From assembly GCA_040357565.1 (NCBI GenBank), contig JBDODJ010000006.1: DNA of 64,000 nt; one strand, 5' to 3'. The first letter of the stretch is position 1, and each line of letters begins with the position of its first letter. Source of the DNA: Cercozoa sp. M6MM (Eukaryota > Protista > Endomyxa: Ascetosporea). The translations under genes were made by a program, and so were the position numbers. This document shows, one piece after another, positions 45,461-64,000 of the stretch. The notes under the pieces were generated by a model. The model was given only the letters and a program-made list of their open reading frames with translations. It was not told where the DNA came from and did no database searches.

Positions 45461-46032
45461 GGCCCAAAACTGCTCTCAGCACACGCTTGGCATCCCTGGG
45501 AGGTCTGTCTGTACTTTTGTGACGTGCCTGTGGCGTGCAGATCTGTCAGTTGTCCAGTTGAATGAACTCAGACTGACATCAACGAAGAAGCACGTTCCGT
45601 TATCGATAGTTAAAATACCGTCAGGCCAAGGTGTTCCAGCGGCACGAGCGTCGTTCACGGTGATCAGCAACCAAGAAAATAGGCACCTATGTATCAGTGA
45701 ATAGTAATTTTAGCTTAAATTTTTACATTAAACCAACTTTCAAGGACTCGACAAGTACGACGGTAGTGCAGATTTTGTTGTTGCGAGTGCGAACAAAATT
45801 GGAATAAGGACCAAGTCTAGAGCGTTCACTGAATCGCACAGTAGCAGGCACAGCCTCTGCCCATGTTGCTCATTTGCAAAACGGAAACCGACCCGGAAGC
45901 GTTTGTTTGTCAGAATGATCGGTCGCTCTCTCGCAGGGTCGTACAACAATGTTGTACTTCCACCAGTATTGCCCTTTGTGTGCACACAGTGTGAGCACCG
46001 TATTGGACAGCAAACAGCTTTGACCGCTCACC

Positions 46033-49960
<3,928 letters not shown>

Positions 49961-50027
49961 CTTCTGCAAGCACTCGCAAACGACAACGCAATGGATGAGG
50001 TTCGAAAACCGACTGTACAATAAGATA

Positions 50028-50643
50028 CTAGCCTGCCGTACAATGTTTAATTCTAGCGGCAACTGAAACAGCTGCGGAAGCAGAGTTAGGTGGTGTAAAA
50101 AAACACCGGGGGGCACTCGGACCACCGTGACACGACAGACGGACTTGGCCGACGGCCCGAGAGCACACGCAGCGATAGTCAACTCCAGAAACGAGAGGGT
50201 CGTCACAGTTGAGCCACCTGACGGAGGTGCAGCTGTGAGCAGTCACTGCGACAAGCCGTGGACGTAGATGCGCACCCAGCACACGACCGTTGATACAAGC
50301 CTTGAACTTAAAGTACCGGTTGGCAATGCGTCGAGCCGCCGCTTCGTTGGCCGCCACTTCTCGCTCGCGAAGCTATCGCAGGAGCTGCTGACGACGCTGC
50401 CAGCACTTGAAGAAGCAGCCGCGCTCTCCTGGCAGCAAGTTCATCGCATCGTTGGTCTCTTTCAGCTTCACTCTTGCTGCCGAAGATATACATAACACAG
50501 TTGAAACTGTTCTAAACGAGTTCTACCGAAGAGTCGCGGAAGGAGCGAACTCGGCGACGTCAACTGAATTATACTCGGCTGTACCATATTCCGTTATTAC
50601 ACGCAACGACAGTCGAGTCACTCGCGTCAAGCTCCGCTGGCAT
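50028..50643 (-). CDS. Small hypothetical multi-exon protein
   Basis: MPAELDASD..FDVAEFAPSATLR..DELAARRARLLLQ|LREREVAANEAAARRIANR|WLNCDDP. Splice phases are consistent. Confidence 0.4.
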
Positions 50644-50730
50644 ACGTCACAGGCGTCCGTAGTGTAGGTAACTATTCGTACATGTATATCTACTACGCTC
50701 GTCGAGTTCCTATCGTATCATATTGTGATA

Positions 50731-51556
50731 TTATTCTGCTTGAGCCTCGTTGTACTTGCCTCTGCCAACGGCAGTGACGTTTTCTGGCAGCGACTCGGAA
50801 CCGCTACAGCTCCGCGTGTCGTCAGAGTCAAGCTGTCCACCTGCCACAGGGGGACGTGCTGACACTGAAGTTTCTCTCTCTTCTTCTTGCTGTTCGAGTT
50901 CATTGCCATGCGCGTTGTCGTCTTGCTTCGCCTCTTCTTCGTCTGGAGCTCGACGTTCGGCAGCGACGGTGCCTTCTGCTTGCTGCGCGCGCTGCCGTTC
51001 TCGCATTGCAACTGCCAGCTTGTACTGCGAGACACATCACACTGTGTACTAGACAGTAGAAAAAAGCGGGGACGCTTTGTACCCGGTCAAGCACAGGCTT
51101 CTCAAGGAAGTAGCGCAATTCGGGATCGAATACGTCCCACGGTAGCACATGGAAGCGACACAAGAACCGCGTGGCCAGCGGCAGCAGGTTGCGTCGCTGG
51201 TCTGGCGCGGCAGTTTCGTTGTCGTTCGTGCCATTGTTTTGTTTCGTATTGACAGCGGGGTCAGCGACAACAACCGTAGGCTCCATTGACGCGACTAAAG
51301 GCTTCTTGCCTTCCTTGAGTTGCCCGCGCTCCAATCGCATCTGGCGTAGACTGTTCCGCACCTTGGCGAGCACTGCACGTTTCTTGGGATGCGACGGCAT
51401 CATGGGCATGCGTTGCGGCAGCCAGCGTTGCAACAGTGCGCGAACGCGGTGCGAACGCACCAGATGACGAAAGCTGAGAATGCCGCCACCTTCGCGGAAG
51501 ATCAAAAAGTCGTCGCTCGTTGCCATGCATCTTGTGATATACTACACACACACACA

Positions 51557-51605
<49 letters not shown>

Positions 51606-51615
51606 NNNNNNNNNN

Positions 51616-51667
<52 letters not shown>

Positions 51668-52744
51668 ACACATGAACGTACACATCGTGGTGGTGGTGGC
51701 ATGAGATAGAGGTACATTAAGGATAGGCCGCCGTAACCAAACGAAGCGTCGATCGTCTAAAAGCCACGCGAAACGGAACAGCGCGAGTTCGTTGCTCAAG
51801 AAGTGCAACAGACCGAGTAGTCCACGGCTTCGCCACTGCGGAACCACCTCGGCCTTGCGCAGCAGCAGAAAACCGTCGTACGAGACGTACTGTCGTGCCA
51901 GTGCCTCGCGGTACCGCCATTGCAACACGCGCGTCGCATAAACCAGCATCAGTACAATCACCGAGGTGTACAGCGCCATTCGTGCGTACTGAAAGGAAAC
52001 AGAATGCTAGGGTGCATAGAGAAATTTAGGATGAGGACAAAAAGGTACCATGTCATCATAGTCAGAGCCGCTCGATTTGACGGTAGCCAATGCGACCAGT
52101 GTACTCATTTGTGCCACACAGCACAACTGCAGACACATGCGGTGTCTCGATAGATACACACACACACACATGCAACTGGTGTACATGCAACTAGTGTACC
52201 ACTTCAAGAATATTGTCGGTCATTTGTCGGTATGGCCAAGTGCAGATGAACTACAACTCACTTCACACAGAAATAGAAATCAGACAGAACAAAAACGTAC
52301 CACAGCTGCGCTAAAGACAACAAGGAGTGCGCTGACAAAGATGCCGGTGCGCTGGTCGCCCGCAGTCACAGAGGAAATGACACACACGAAGAGCGTGCGA
52401 CGTAGCAGCATGGAGACTTCGGCATACCACACCTCTGGTCGATACACCTGTACACAACATAAACCTATCTCTGCAGACATGTTACTACGAAACTTGGTAC
52501 CTCCATAACAACGCCAAAGTTGTAGTAGCCCTGCGGGTTGAACAACTTGCGACTCAGCAGTAGACGATGACCCGTGGCAATGATGCGATACGGCACGTAG
52601 ACGCAGTACAGCAGCACAAAGACGACGGCCCAGACTCGCAAGCTGCTGTGCTCACTGGAACCGCACTCGACCGACGGGTGCAGTGTCATCACGAGTGGGC
52701 CGTCCTAATGCACCATAGGACACCTCTGGGTCACACGCACACGC

Positions 52745-52796
<52 letters not shown>

Positions 52797-52806
52797 NNNN
52801 NNNNNN

Positions 52807-52854
<48 letters not shown>

Positions 52855-55601
52855 CGGAGCCAAAGCACACAAATACCGAGCCAGCACGCTTGCATGGGAA
52901 GAACACGTCAAAGCAGATGCGCACAATGTTGGAGTGACACATGAGCAGCACGTGGTACAAGGTGCGTTTGCCAGCTTGCCACTCCACCGCAAAGGCTATA
53001 TTACAACACGTCACGCGCTACTACATACACAGATAAGTGTATCTTCTGGGTACTGGTGCTTCGATTCAGAAGACAGCGAAAACGCAGGAGACAGTATAGC
53101 AGCACTCCGAGCAGCTGTGGCTTTAGCAGACTCAGCAAAATCTGCGACGGCACACTGCAGTGTTGACAACAAGGTAACCATACGGCAAACTAGTCCACAA
53201 CATGCGTATTTGTACCCGAGTCGACCGTAGCAGTAACCACCCAAGATAGCAGTTAAGTCTGCATCCAACGTAGTAAGCACAAACAAAGAAATCGAAGTGG
53301 TATACCGAACTCGAACAGGCCCAGGACAACGCGCACGGCGTAGCTACTGGACCGGAAATCGTAGAAAGTGCCGAGCATGGTGATGACGTGCACATGGAAG
53401 ATCGTGATGCGCACGGCAGCGTCGCGAAAGCAGAGTGTCACAATGTGCACGCCACACAGCAGCATGGCAAACACGGCCAGCGCACGCGCAATGTTGCCGG
53501 CCACCTCGTGGGCATCAGTGCACGACACGCAGTATGTGCCCCTGCCATAGGTTCAGTTCAAAGCATACACAAGAATATAGAGGAACAGGAATGTACCACA
53601 TGTAATAACCCGGCAGACAGTGTCGGCACAACGGATTCTCTTCGGCAGGCAGTCGATTCTTTGCGCAGCAGTTGCGCACCTTGACTGGACCGAGCGACGA
53701 GTCGGGGTAGCAGTGCGAGCCTTGATGACAGTCGCCGACCTTGCAAACATAGACATCGGATTCATGCAACTATCAACATGAAAGCAAGGTTACTCGACAC
53801 TGGAAGGGCGTGACGGCAGCAGTCACGGGATCGAACTCGAGCCACACATTCCGCTCGGCCAGCACGTCAGTGCCGCGGCAGCTGGCACCGATCGGACAAC
53901 CGATGCACACGTCGAACCGTCCCGATGCGAACGGTTGCGGTGAGTACTACATATACTCATATATACAGTGCATGTGTGTGTATGTGTGTGTGTGTGTGTA
54001 TGAGAAAAAGGTACAGTGTTGTCGGAACACTCCGTGCAGCGAGTGAGACCTTCTACGAGTGTGCCATTGTGCACCGTCTCTATGCAAGTAGGGAGTCAAT
54101 TGCAGCACGAAACATTAGAGATAACAATACCAGGTCCATAACAAGGCAGACAGTGATCGCTTGCTATCCTCGAGGCGTACGTGAAAGGCGGACACTTGGC
54201 GCAACTGAAACAATTGCGTAAACTCAGTGCACAAGTGGGAAAACTCTGCAAAGGTTACCCAACAGGACTGCTGCCAGAAGTGGTCGACGTATTGAACGGA
54301 TTCTCGCCAACGACGTGAGTGCCAGCTGGACAAGGACTATAGCAATTTATGAATCAACACAACGAAGTCCGATATCCGCTGGAATTGAAAAGTCACGTGC
54401 AGGTGCCGCCCGCTGCAAAGAAAAAATAAAGAAACAAACCTCAGTTTTGCACTCAACAGCAACCAAAAAGCGAGACAAGTTACGCTCCGAGTAGTATCCT
54501 GGCTGACACAACACGCATTCGCCGATATCGTTCGGGTCAGGCTCCTGCTCAATCCCCCAATCAACAGTTCAGACACAGTTAATTTCCATGAAAGCAAACA
54601 GAGGGTGTACGAATCCGCGCGGACACTCGCGATAGTTGAGTCGGAAGAGTGACTTGGCTACGATGGAGTTGTCTCGCCAGTCTTGATCAGTTTGCGGCGA
54701 CTCCAGTGGCATCAACAGCACGTCTAAACCATAGGAGAACCCGACGCCTTTGATCACTTGCGGAATCGGTGGTCTGCCAACATTGTTTAACATAGTGGAA
54801 CATGTGTGCACTATAAACAGAAACAATACAGCGTGAATTCGATCTTGACAGAAGCATCCTCAAGCTGCTTGACGTCTACGTCGGTGATGATGTGTCGCTC
54901 TCCTGTCTCCGGGTTGGTCAGTTGCGTCGCAAAGGCAAAGAACCGCATGTCCAAGAAGAAGGCCTGCACGCGGATACGTGCCGGTGTGCCATGTCGTTCG
55001 CACCCAGTCAGCACGTTGCCGACACTCTTGCAGTTATCGAACTCGCCAGTCAGGTCGTTGCCCTACTCGAATAATTTTGTTTCTTTATATAAATGTGTAT
55101 TGAGTGTCTACCTGGAGGAACTGCACGAAGCGAGCAGCGTCGTAGGACAGCAGACGGAAGAAGCGCGCGTCGTGTCGCAGCGGCGGCAGTGCCCACGAGG
55201 TGACACTCGCGGCCACACTGGCGCAGCCGAACTCCTCGCACTTAATGAGACCCTTCATCGACTGCGACAACTCACCGCGACGCCAGCTCTCCCACATCGG
55301 CAGCGGCACCTCCGCGCGCATGTGCATGGTCACACCCACCTCCACGTAGTACTCCTGTCCAGCACATAAATATTTCTAATCTATTTGTACGAATAGATGT
55401 ACAGAGATAGTGTGTACATGCAGGCCACTTGGCACGTTGACCAGGATGATAGTTTCGTTGTCAGCACGGACAGACGGGTCGACACTGAAGCCGTAGCGTT
55501 GTTGCGCACGCTGCTTCAACTTGAGGAACACGTCGGCCGTCATGCTTTCGAACCCACCGACACTGCGAGCTGCCCTGTGCTCTCACAGACATAAAGTCAC
55601 A

Positions 55602-55643
<42 letters not shown>

Positions 55644-58600
55644 ACACACACACACACGCACACACACACACAGGGTTTATCAAGACAACACACAGGAGGA
55701 AGCTGTCATAGGACGACACGTTCATGACATAGGCGCCATACGAGATGGTATCACCAACGTCGGCATCGATGCCGACCCAGTCAGCTGGTCTCTTTGACCT
55801 CACCTGCAGTGTACACAGTAACCGAGCAGACACACGGGGCAAGGATGAAAGAGTACCGTGTGGTTGGCCCCGATATGCACACTGACCAAAAAGTCGTAGG
55901 CACTGTCCAGAAGGACATCGAAACCTTTGCCCATGAGGAAGACCCAGTCACCAGCATCGCCAGTGTAGCCGACGCGACAGTTGGCCGCCATCAAGCAGTG
56001 CATCGGCTCGGTGAGATTATCACTGCCACACAGACGAGGCACCACATCGTCCTGACACTGGGCGGTACCGATCGGCACAGTGGCACTGCGCACTGCCGTC
56101 ACTGCGAAGGGAGCGTAGTCGCGCATCTGCACTAGCGTGTCTCGCGGCGTGTCGCGTCGCAGCTGCGGCCACAAACGCAGCGTGCGATGCCACGCGTCGT
56201 ACTCGTGTATCACCACCGTCAATGACACCGTATCTAGCAGTGTGCCGTTCAGTCGGAAGGGAGTGAAGTCGGCCACATAGCGACGCGTCTTTTTGTCGTC
56301 GCACTGCCCGGGCAGACACGACACCTGCTGGAACGGCCGGCAGTCGATCGCGTCCACGAGGAGACACAGCAGCTCGCCGCGAATGCCGTTGGTTACGAAC
56401 TCCACCACTATTCGCGAGAATGGCGCACTGTCCAGACACAGGGTGCGCTTGTACATCGAGACATATACAATTGGATAGTCGTACATGAAGTCATCGACCG
56501 TCGTGCCTGGGTACGGATTGAACGAGTTTTCAAAGTACCAGTTTTTGGTCCACTGCACGAGCAGCACACATATGAATAGATACACAAACTGAAGAGAGAA
56601 TAAGGTAGTGTACCACAGGGTCCATCACAGCATGCGACAGTTGGTGCGTCTTGTCGACAGCGAGCAGACGGAACTCGTTGCGCGAGGCCGTCTCGAGAGC
56701 AAAGTACGTGAACACACTGTCAGCGTTGCTGATGGCAGATACGGTGTCGATCGCACACGTGTTGTTGAGTACGTGCACACCACGCGACAGTGAGAAGACG
56801 TAGTGCTTCCGTTCCACGAAAGGTGCGGGCGGCAGTTCGAACACGAGAGTGTCGGTCCAAGTGACTGTACCTGGCGCACCGGCAGGCAAACTGGTCGGCC
56901 GCAGTGCAGGCAGTGCCCACTGGACTGTCGTGTTAGGCACTGTCACTTCTTGATACGACCACTGGTTGTGCTCACGCATGAAGACCTTCAGTATCGCACC
57001 TGGGGCATCCAACATATGAATAGGAGAGACCTATGTAACAAGGAAGTCCTGTACCATGGTTGGTGAAGTTGCTGCCATCGAGAGCACGCACATTGCCCGA
57101 CGCGATATCGTCGTCGTACATCATCGGCACAGCGAATGGAAAGCGCAGCGTCAGAGTGCGATTGTCAAGCTCGTAGAGGTCACCATAGTCCCATACCACA
57201 TGTTGGTGAACTACACAGAGACACAAGAGTACATACCAAGAAAAAAGCACAACAGCAGCAAGGATACAGTGCTCGGAAGAGAATTTCGAGTCGACGCCCG
57301 GCTGTCGCGAGAAGTGAAACGACGGTTGCGGCGAGTAGCGACGCGACTCGATTCGACACAGATCGGACCGTCTCGGAACACCGGGGTCCACGGCCAACTC
57401 GGCCTCCACAAAGTCGGCCCAGGTGCGTCCACCGGCAAAGTGCAGATCCGATAGCAGGTGCATGGGTCCCACCTCGACCATATCCGTGTCACTAAAGAAG
57501 GCAAAAGCCTGCAGTGTGATAGCACCCAGAGGTGGCAGTGTTGGATGCAGACCCGTGATGTCCGACCACGTGAAGGAAGGAATCGCAATGTCCTCCATGG
57601 CAATGTTGTCACGCGTGTGAGTCACACGACGCAGTACTCGATCCCGGTACAGGAAGTGATGCTTCACTTCAAAGACGATCTTGCGTACACCCGTGTTGTT
57701 GGCATCGATGCCTTGTGTGTTCCACCAGTACAGCGACGGTATGAAGTGACCACCTTGCATCAGCATTGCTGGAAGACCATTGATCTCCATCAGTTCACTT
57801 GGCGTCGTTGCGCCCAGTTTCTATACAACCTCAGAATGACACACTTTATAAAAGAGGGTTGTTTGTACCGGAATGGCATGCATCAGCGAGAATGGCATCG
57901 CGAAGAACAGGTGCGGTACATAGCAACCCGCAGGTACAGCACCTTCACGCATGCGGCAGTGGTGCTCATCCTAAAATATATACAGCTAGCAAGGTTATAT
58001 CCCAAGCGCTAACATAAGTACCATGGAGAGAGCGACATCGCCAACGATTGGGTACAGTCGCAGGTTCACTTTCAGCGAGTCCTCGCCCGACACCGTCGCC
58101 ATTCGACGAAGGTCACGTCCTGCAATCAAAGGCAGTACACTGATACTCAAGTACAGTATGGTCGGTGTACGCAAGAAGGAGAAACGCAGACGTCGAACGA
58201 GGCCTTCCTGTGGTCCGATCAGAGCCGCATGCACAGGCTTCTGCACCGTCACGACCTCTTTCACGTCGCCGACAAATGCAACCTGAACAGTAGGCATAAC
58301 AAACAGCACTGTATATAATAAGATTGAAATACCCGATTCTGCAAGGAGAAGGAAAGGTTGCCGACAGGAGGATCGCTGCCGGTGTAGTTGAGGTGATTTT
58401 TGAACACTCTGGGCATCACAAGTGGCGCCATCATTGCGTAGCCATCGCGTACTTCCACGTCGACCTAAAGCAACACAGGTGAATACTGAAGGTTGAGACA
58501 GGAAAGTCCAAGGTACACTGGAGACAGTGAAGCCATCCAAAGAGTCTCCGCTCGTCCAGAAGCGTGCCACATTGTCGATGCGATCGCTCAGCAGACGCGC

Positions 58601-61091
58601 GCGGAAGTCAAACTCGACGTCGTTCGCGTAGGTGCCTGGTCCGCTGTACCGCACAGGTACTGCACACATACAATGTTCAACAATGTAGGTAAATGTGTAG
58701 AAACACAAGATACTGCCCTTGCTGTAGACAAAGAAGGACACGGCGACATGTGCATCGTGCGGATACTTTGTGCTGTCCAAATTGTCGTAGCCCGTGCGGT
58801 CCAGTTTCATCTCTACTCATAGTCAAATACAATGATATACAGTACAGCAAAGAGAGGAAAGGAGGTACCATAGTCATCGAGCAGACAGCGACCAATGACA
58901 GTGCCACGCGAGGCGTAAGGCAAGACGATATTGTCATCATCGAGTTCATCGTGCACAATGATACGCCGCAACATCGTTGAACCGACCGACTTGGTGTAGG
59001 CCTCCATCGACAGGTGCGAAAACGAGGCCTCCATTCGGTTCAATCGCGACAAGGACAACGGGTGCTCATCAATGCCATCTTCGAAGATGTCGACACCGCC
59101 GATGAAAACGACGGACTTGCGGCCCTTGTTGCCGTCGCAATGTATGTTGCCAACGACTTCGAAGTTGAGGTACGTCAGTCCGGTGCCCACCATGATCTCT
59201 TCCGTCCACAGATTCGCAGCATTTGCACTACAAAGAACACTTCCATAGAAACATAATTTTAACAAAAATAAAGTACCGCGTCAGATTGAAGACACTCTGG
59301 TTCAACTCGAGCATGCTCATGTGCGTGAGATTGTAGTCGGCAATGTCGGCATACGGCACACGTGTCAAATCGCACTCATCGTGGAAGGGAACGCTGCCGA
59401 ACTGTCCTCCCGCGAGAGCAGTCGGCACAATATTCGCCTCGCCGTAGATGTCGTAGAACGTGGCATCGTAGTGACCGAGCCACTTGCCCGTGAAGTTGAC
59501 TTCTTGCGCACGTGTCAGCGAACACAGATCGAGTGCCGCCAGGTCGCTCACGTTGACGTTTAGACCGTAGGCTGCCTCGAGTCGCGGAAATGACAGTGTC
59601 CAGTTGCTCCCGGGGGAGTCAATTTGCAGATTCATCTTGCCCGTGATCCACCGCAGTCTAAGAAGGTAGCTGGATTTCAAAAAGGAATACCGAAGAAAAG
59701 TAAGTTTACTGAGGGAGGAACAAGACGTTGTTTGGGTGGAGGAAAGGTAAGCGACTGGAAAAAGAAATGTCAACGTCTTGAACCGAGACCAAGTCACGCA
59801 TCAATGTCGAGATCACAAAATCGGGTCTAAATCATGAAGGTAAACCAACTTAGTACAAAAAAAACGAGGGGAACACGGTACTCGTCCTCTGTGTCATCAA
59901 CGATCTCGATTTCAAAGGACTGCAACGCTTTGACGTTTGAAGGCAGGACACATGCCTTGACTGCTTCGAGGTTTCGCACTGCTTTGTCCCAAGACAAACC
60001 TGCGGCTTTGAAAAACGTGTTCGCAGCCCACCTAAAGCTGTGTCCAATGGCAATGTCGTCGCGCGCGAACAGGCACTCTCTGTAGAAAACAATAGATCAA
60101 GCAAAAGCCAAGTTTGACCATAGAAAACTCACGATGGGTATGGGTCGTAGTTGTTGTCGACACGCAATCGAAAGTGATACAACTCCAAATGTTGCACCGC
60201 ACGTAAGTTGCGAAACTGGATCCATGGGGTGCTGCTTTTGTAATAGACACTGTCAGAGACTCCGGGCCACCAACGGGGAGTCTCCAGCTTTAAACGTCCG
60301 ACCAGCTCAAGATTGTCCAGAAGCGAGTTTGCACCAAAAGACGTAATTGACGGTGCCACGGTAAGAGATTGTGCTACTCTCACCGGCGGAAAGCCGTGTA
60401 CATCAAGCCGGACTGAATTTCTGCGCAATGTCTGTCAAAGCAGTTTCCTAAACATGTTGCAGGACAGAAGTACATCTCAGAAGTCGTCAAGACGATATTC
60501 CCCAAAATGGTACTCAATGCTGACGGATGCTGTGTGCTGAAATGCGCGGTCAAATCTCCCGATAAGACTGAACAACAGACATCAATACGGTAGATCTCCG
60601 GAGTTCCAGATACATACCAAATTTGAGTTGTCCTTGCAGTTTGCCACCCAGAATAATGTTGGTCATGTTAAGCACACCACTCCCCTCAATGGTCCTGTTT
60701 TTACACAGATACGTATGGCTTGATACAGAAACGGATAAAGAGCTGTCACATAGGAACGGTTACAAACTGCTTTGTTCGCCCAAAAAGTTAATGTAGGCGT
60801 AAAAGTTACGCACAAGGTTCAGCGAGTTAACGGCACTTTGCCTCACGACAAGCTCACCAAGAATAGACACACCATCCGGACAACTTAAGTCGTTATACAA
60901 CTCAAGGAAATCCAAGGTCAGTGGTTCATCATCCTATAACACGCGCGCCTCACAAACTGCATGACAGGAAAATCGAGACGCACCTCCTGTCGGCAGCACG
61001 AACCACATGGAACCCCAAGATTGTTGGCTAGCACCGACACACTCAACACCAAAGACAATAGCACCCCGGCCAGCAGCGATCGGTAGCCCAT
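50731..61091 (-). CDS. Very large cell-surface receptor: signal peptide, solenoid-like repeats, Cys-rich juxtamembrane region, 7TM C-terminus
   Basis: Signal peptide MGYRSLLAGVLLSLVLSVSVLA. Repeats LDNLELVGRL, FRNLRAV and FPRLEAA. Cys-rich CVRCPIGASC and NPLCRHCLPGY..CVSC. TM-region motifs HPSVECGS, YRPEVWYAEVSMLLRR and WPYRQMTDNILE. Confidence 0.75.
51545..51671. repeat. (CA)n with 10-N gap, intronic
   Basis: Directly visible. Confidence 0.95.
52732..52851. repeat. (CA)n with 10-N gap, intronic
   Basis: Directly visible. Confidence 0.95.
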
Positions 61092-61343
61092 CGATCGGCG
61101 GCAAACCGGGCTGGGAGGCACAGACCCACTAAAATACAGTCTTTTTTAACCGCAGATGTGTCCAAACGCGTTTTTGCGAGTGCACCTGGCTTGCATTCTG
61201 ATGTTCCAGTGTTGGTACTTTTTGCTATTTCGGCTCACAGAAGCAAAAAGAGCCCAAACTAAAAACAACGAGCATAACACTCTCCGTGTCGTTTGCTGTG
61301 CTTGGGTGCGTGCGACTTGTTAATTGTGCGGCCCAGCCGGAGA

Positions 61344-64000
61344 ATGGCGCACATCGAGGTGCCTCGCACGACTGTGCAGTTCACATTCCCATTTGAATCA
61401 GCCAGCACTGCGCCGCGCGTTTTCTTTGATGCCTTGCATCGGTGTGTTTGTACTTCGTTGGTTTACACATTCTCACCCTAATTCCCTATGTCATAGAGAA
61501 GTGATCGTGGCGACGAACGAGAAGCAGGTGTTTGTGTCGCACCGTCCAAGTGCGACATTGTGCGGCAAGCAGCTGCAGTTGCCGATTCCGCTGGAGGATG
61601 TCCGCGGTCTGACCTTCTCGCCGTGTGCGCAGTTCCTGTGTCTGCACTCGAAACACGAACTGGTGGTGATGCTGAAGGACACGGGCGAGGTCGTGGCCAC
61701 AGCGTCACCTTCTCGCAGCGGTGCCACCATCCTCGGCGTCTACTGGGTGCAGAAAGCCAAGAAGGGAAACCTGCTGCTGATCACGTCGCGCGCCTTCGAA
61801 CTGTTTCAGTTCTCGATTCTGGGCGGCAAGAAACGAAAGGTCGAACTGAAGCGTCGTTCGTCAGTCAAGACAGACCAGTGCAAGTGTCACTGGTACCTGC
61901 CAGTGCACGAGTTCGCACTGGCCCTGGACAGGAACGATAAGTTCCGCGGCGTGTGCGTCACTCCGGACGGTCTGCTTCGCGTCACATCGTTCGAGGTGAA
62001 GAACTGCGCACAGACGACGCTGTCAGATGACGTGGTGGAAGGCATGTCGCGCCAGGTGACACTGCTCGATCTGTACGGACGCGTCACCTGCACCTTTGTC
62101 GACGAGGTCAGTGGCAGAATGCATGTGTTTGCCTTGCGTGACGGCAAGGAAGGCAGCAAGAGCATGCGACACACGCACACACTGGACCTCATGGGCGAGG
62201 GCACCTTCCACGTCAGTGCCATCGACTCGGTCCTCGTGGTGCACTCACTTCGCAACAAGATGCCGCTGCTCTTTGATGTCGCTGATGACACTAGGTACTT
62301 TGATATCTTGAGTGGCATTCTGACTGATGGTTTTGTGATGTGACAGTGGCTCGGGTCTGATCGCGCCTCTGGTGCCGCCGCTGCCGATCGCTGTGGCCGA
62401 GGTGTGCAGCGACAGTGGGCGCCACTGCAACGATCCCGGTGACGAGGGTCCCGTGTCCTACGACGACTGGAACTTCCTGGCGCCGCGTTTCGTTGTCTCA
62501 CTTCGTCTGGATGAGTACACTGTCCTATTCTCTCCGTGCATTTGTTGACTAATGGGGATTGTGAGGGTAGGAGGACACGCGAGCTCACAGGCAAGTTCCT
62601 GACACTGCAGCTCAACCTGAACTGTGTTGCCAAGAGGTACTTATTTGTATCACATATGCTTATGATAGTTATAACATCGTGTTGCAGTTGGAGACACCGA
62701 ATGTCGCAAGAAGACAATGATGCCGCTTTGCTCGCCTTTTTGCATCGAAGGAGACCGGTACTATTGTATCTTTAGTGCCCTGTTATTGTGTATCACTAAC
62801 GATGTGGGAACAGCGGACGGCGAAACCGTTGATTTTGAGCACGATGCGTCGCATGGTACAGTCGCATGCGCTGATGGACAAGCGACAGGTCTATGTCGGA
62901 ATGCGCTCGCTGTCGGCTGCGTTCAATCGCGTCAGTCGCGTGTGTCACCGCGCACTTGTCGAGAGACTGTACTACCCTCATATCTCCTCCTTTAACGATG
63001 TAGTATAATGCTCACGATGGACACAGAAAGTTGCTGCGTCGACTGAGTGATCTGCAGAAGCAAAAGAACCGGTCAGAAGGGGCACTGTTCACGACGCATG
63101 CCGCCTTGCGTGCCATGCATCATGTCAGCGAGTATGAGGGCATCGACGAGTTCGACAGCGTGTCGCGTGTGCCTCTCCTGGCTGCCGATGTCATGCCACT
63201 GACCTGCCCTGTACCCTGAGCTATTATACCTATGCACTCTCCCTAAATGTACCTTCTTTGTAGTCTTCAAACAGCCACAAGATGTCCTACTCGGGCATGC
63301 CGAAACGCACGCTGGCAGGCGAGCTGGTGTTGCCGCAGCTAGCACTGGTGACCGAGGTGATTTTGCCGGTTGCCAGGCAGGTCGGCCCGGCGCGAGTGTG
63401 TCCTGTCGTGTGCGAACTGGCGCGATCAGTGACACGTGCGCGACTCGAGATCGGCACGGCACTGTCGCACTGCATTGCGCAGTTGTGTCTTCAGTCGCGT
63501 CGCTTCTACGACTTGCACCAGTTGCTCCAGTACCACGTGCTGCCAGATGAGGCCACTCTTGCTGCAGGTACTCTTTTGTCTCTTAATATACTCCCGTGTT
63601 GCCATGTACTGCTACATTTTGTTGCAGTACTACTACGACGGTCTGAGGTGTACCCGCCCTTCCTGCAGCTGGGTCTGGACATGCTGCGTCGACTGGGTCG
63701 ACATGGACTGGCGTGCCACGCGGCACTCGGTCTGCCGGTAGAGATCACGCACGAGAAACAACAAGAGGAGATGGACGACATCGAGGACATTGACTTTGCC
63801 GTGTGCGAGGACGAGGATTGCGACTTGGTGCAAGGTGTCGTCTCTGTGCCCCGGAGGAAAGCCAGTGTGCAAGTCGTCACGGCGCTACGTTTCTCGCGAC
63901 GCAGTGCGACGCAACAGAACTACACAGAGTTCCCGTGTCCCAGAGGTACCGCCCACTGCTCCTGTGTTGAATCACTCAACGTGTGCCTTCTTGCAGTGTT
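61344..64000 (+). CDS. RMC1: Regulator of MON1-CCZ1 complex (RMC1/Mic1/C18orf8), 3' end outside window
   Basis: RVFFDALHREV, LTFSP..ILGVYW and GTFHVSAIDSVLVVH..FDV. Mic1 domain LHQLLQYHVL and YPPFLQLGLDMLRRLG. Confidence 0.88.

Noticed and set aside
50373-50375. Apparent in-frame TAG (LLR*LRERE) suggesting TAG=Gln recoding or a pseudogene
   Set aside because: The TAG works as the acceptor of a 34-nt intron, and conserved genes in the window show no internal stops.

Overview
This is gene-dense eukaryotic DNA, probably from a protist; the taxon cannot be fixed from sequence alone. Exons are CG-rich and separated by many short GT-AG introns (about 35-110 nt), several inflated by (CA)n/(GA)n microsatellites that coincide with every N gap. 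Genes were reconstructed by splicing by eye. In order: a RasGAP-Furry/Tao3 fusion running off the left end; a divergent-bromodomain protein with a LIN37-like C-terminus; an SPX-EXS phosphate exporter preceded by a uORF and hairpin; a Frizzled/Smoothened-like (class F) GPCR; a Cys-rich single-pass membrane protein; GCN5; an intron-containing Merlin/IS1595-type transposase; an OAC1-like mitochondrial carrier; CSL4; Elongin A; PGAP1; an SRF-type MADS-box factor; a second class F GPCR in the opposite orientation; a ~10 kb 7TM surface receptor; and RMC1/Mic1 running off the right end. Decayed LINE-like and LTR-like relics lie between genes. The strongest candidates for novelty are the RasGAP-Furry fusion, the class F receptor pair (with a gene-conversion tract and an intron gain/loss), the bromodomain-LIN37-like fusion, and a GTAC-dominated donor consensus lacking +4A/+5G. 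Family assignments rest on recalled motifs, not database searches, and exon boundaries are unverified by transcripts.
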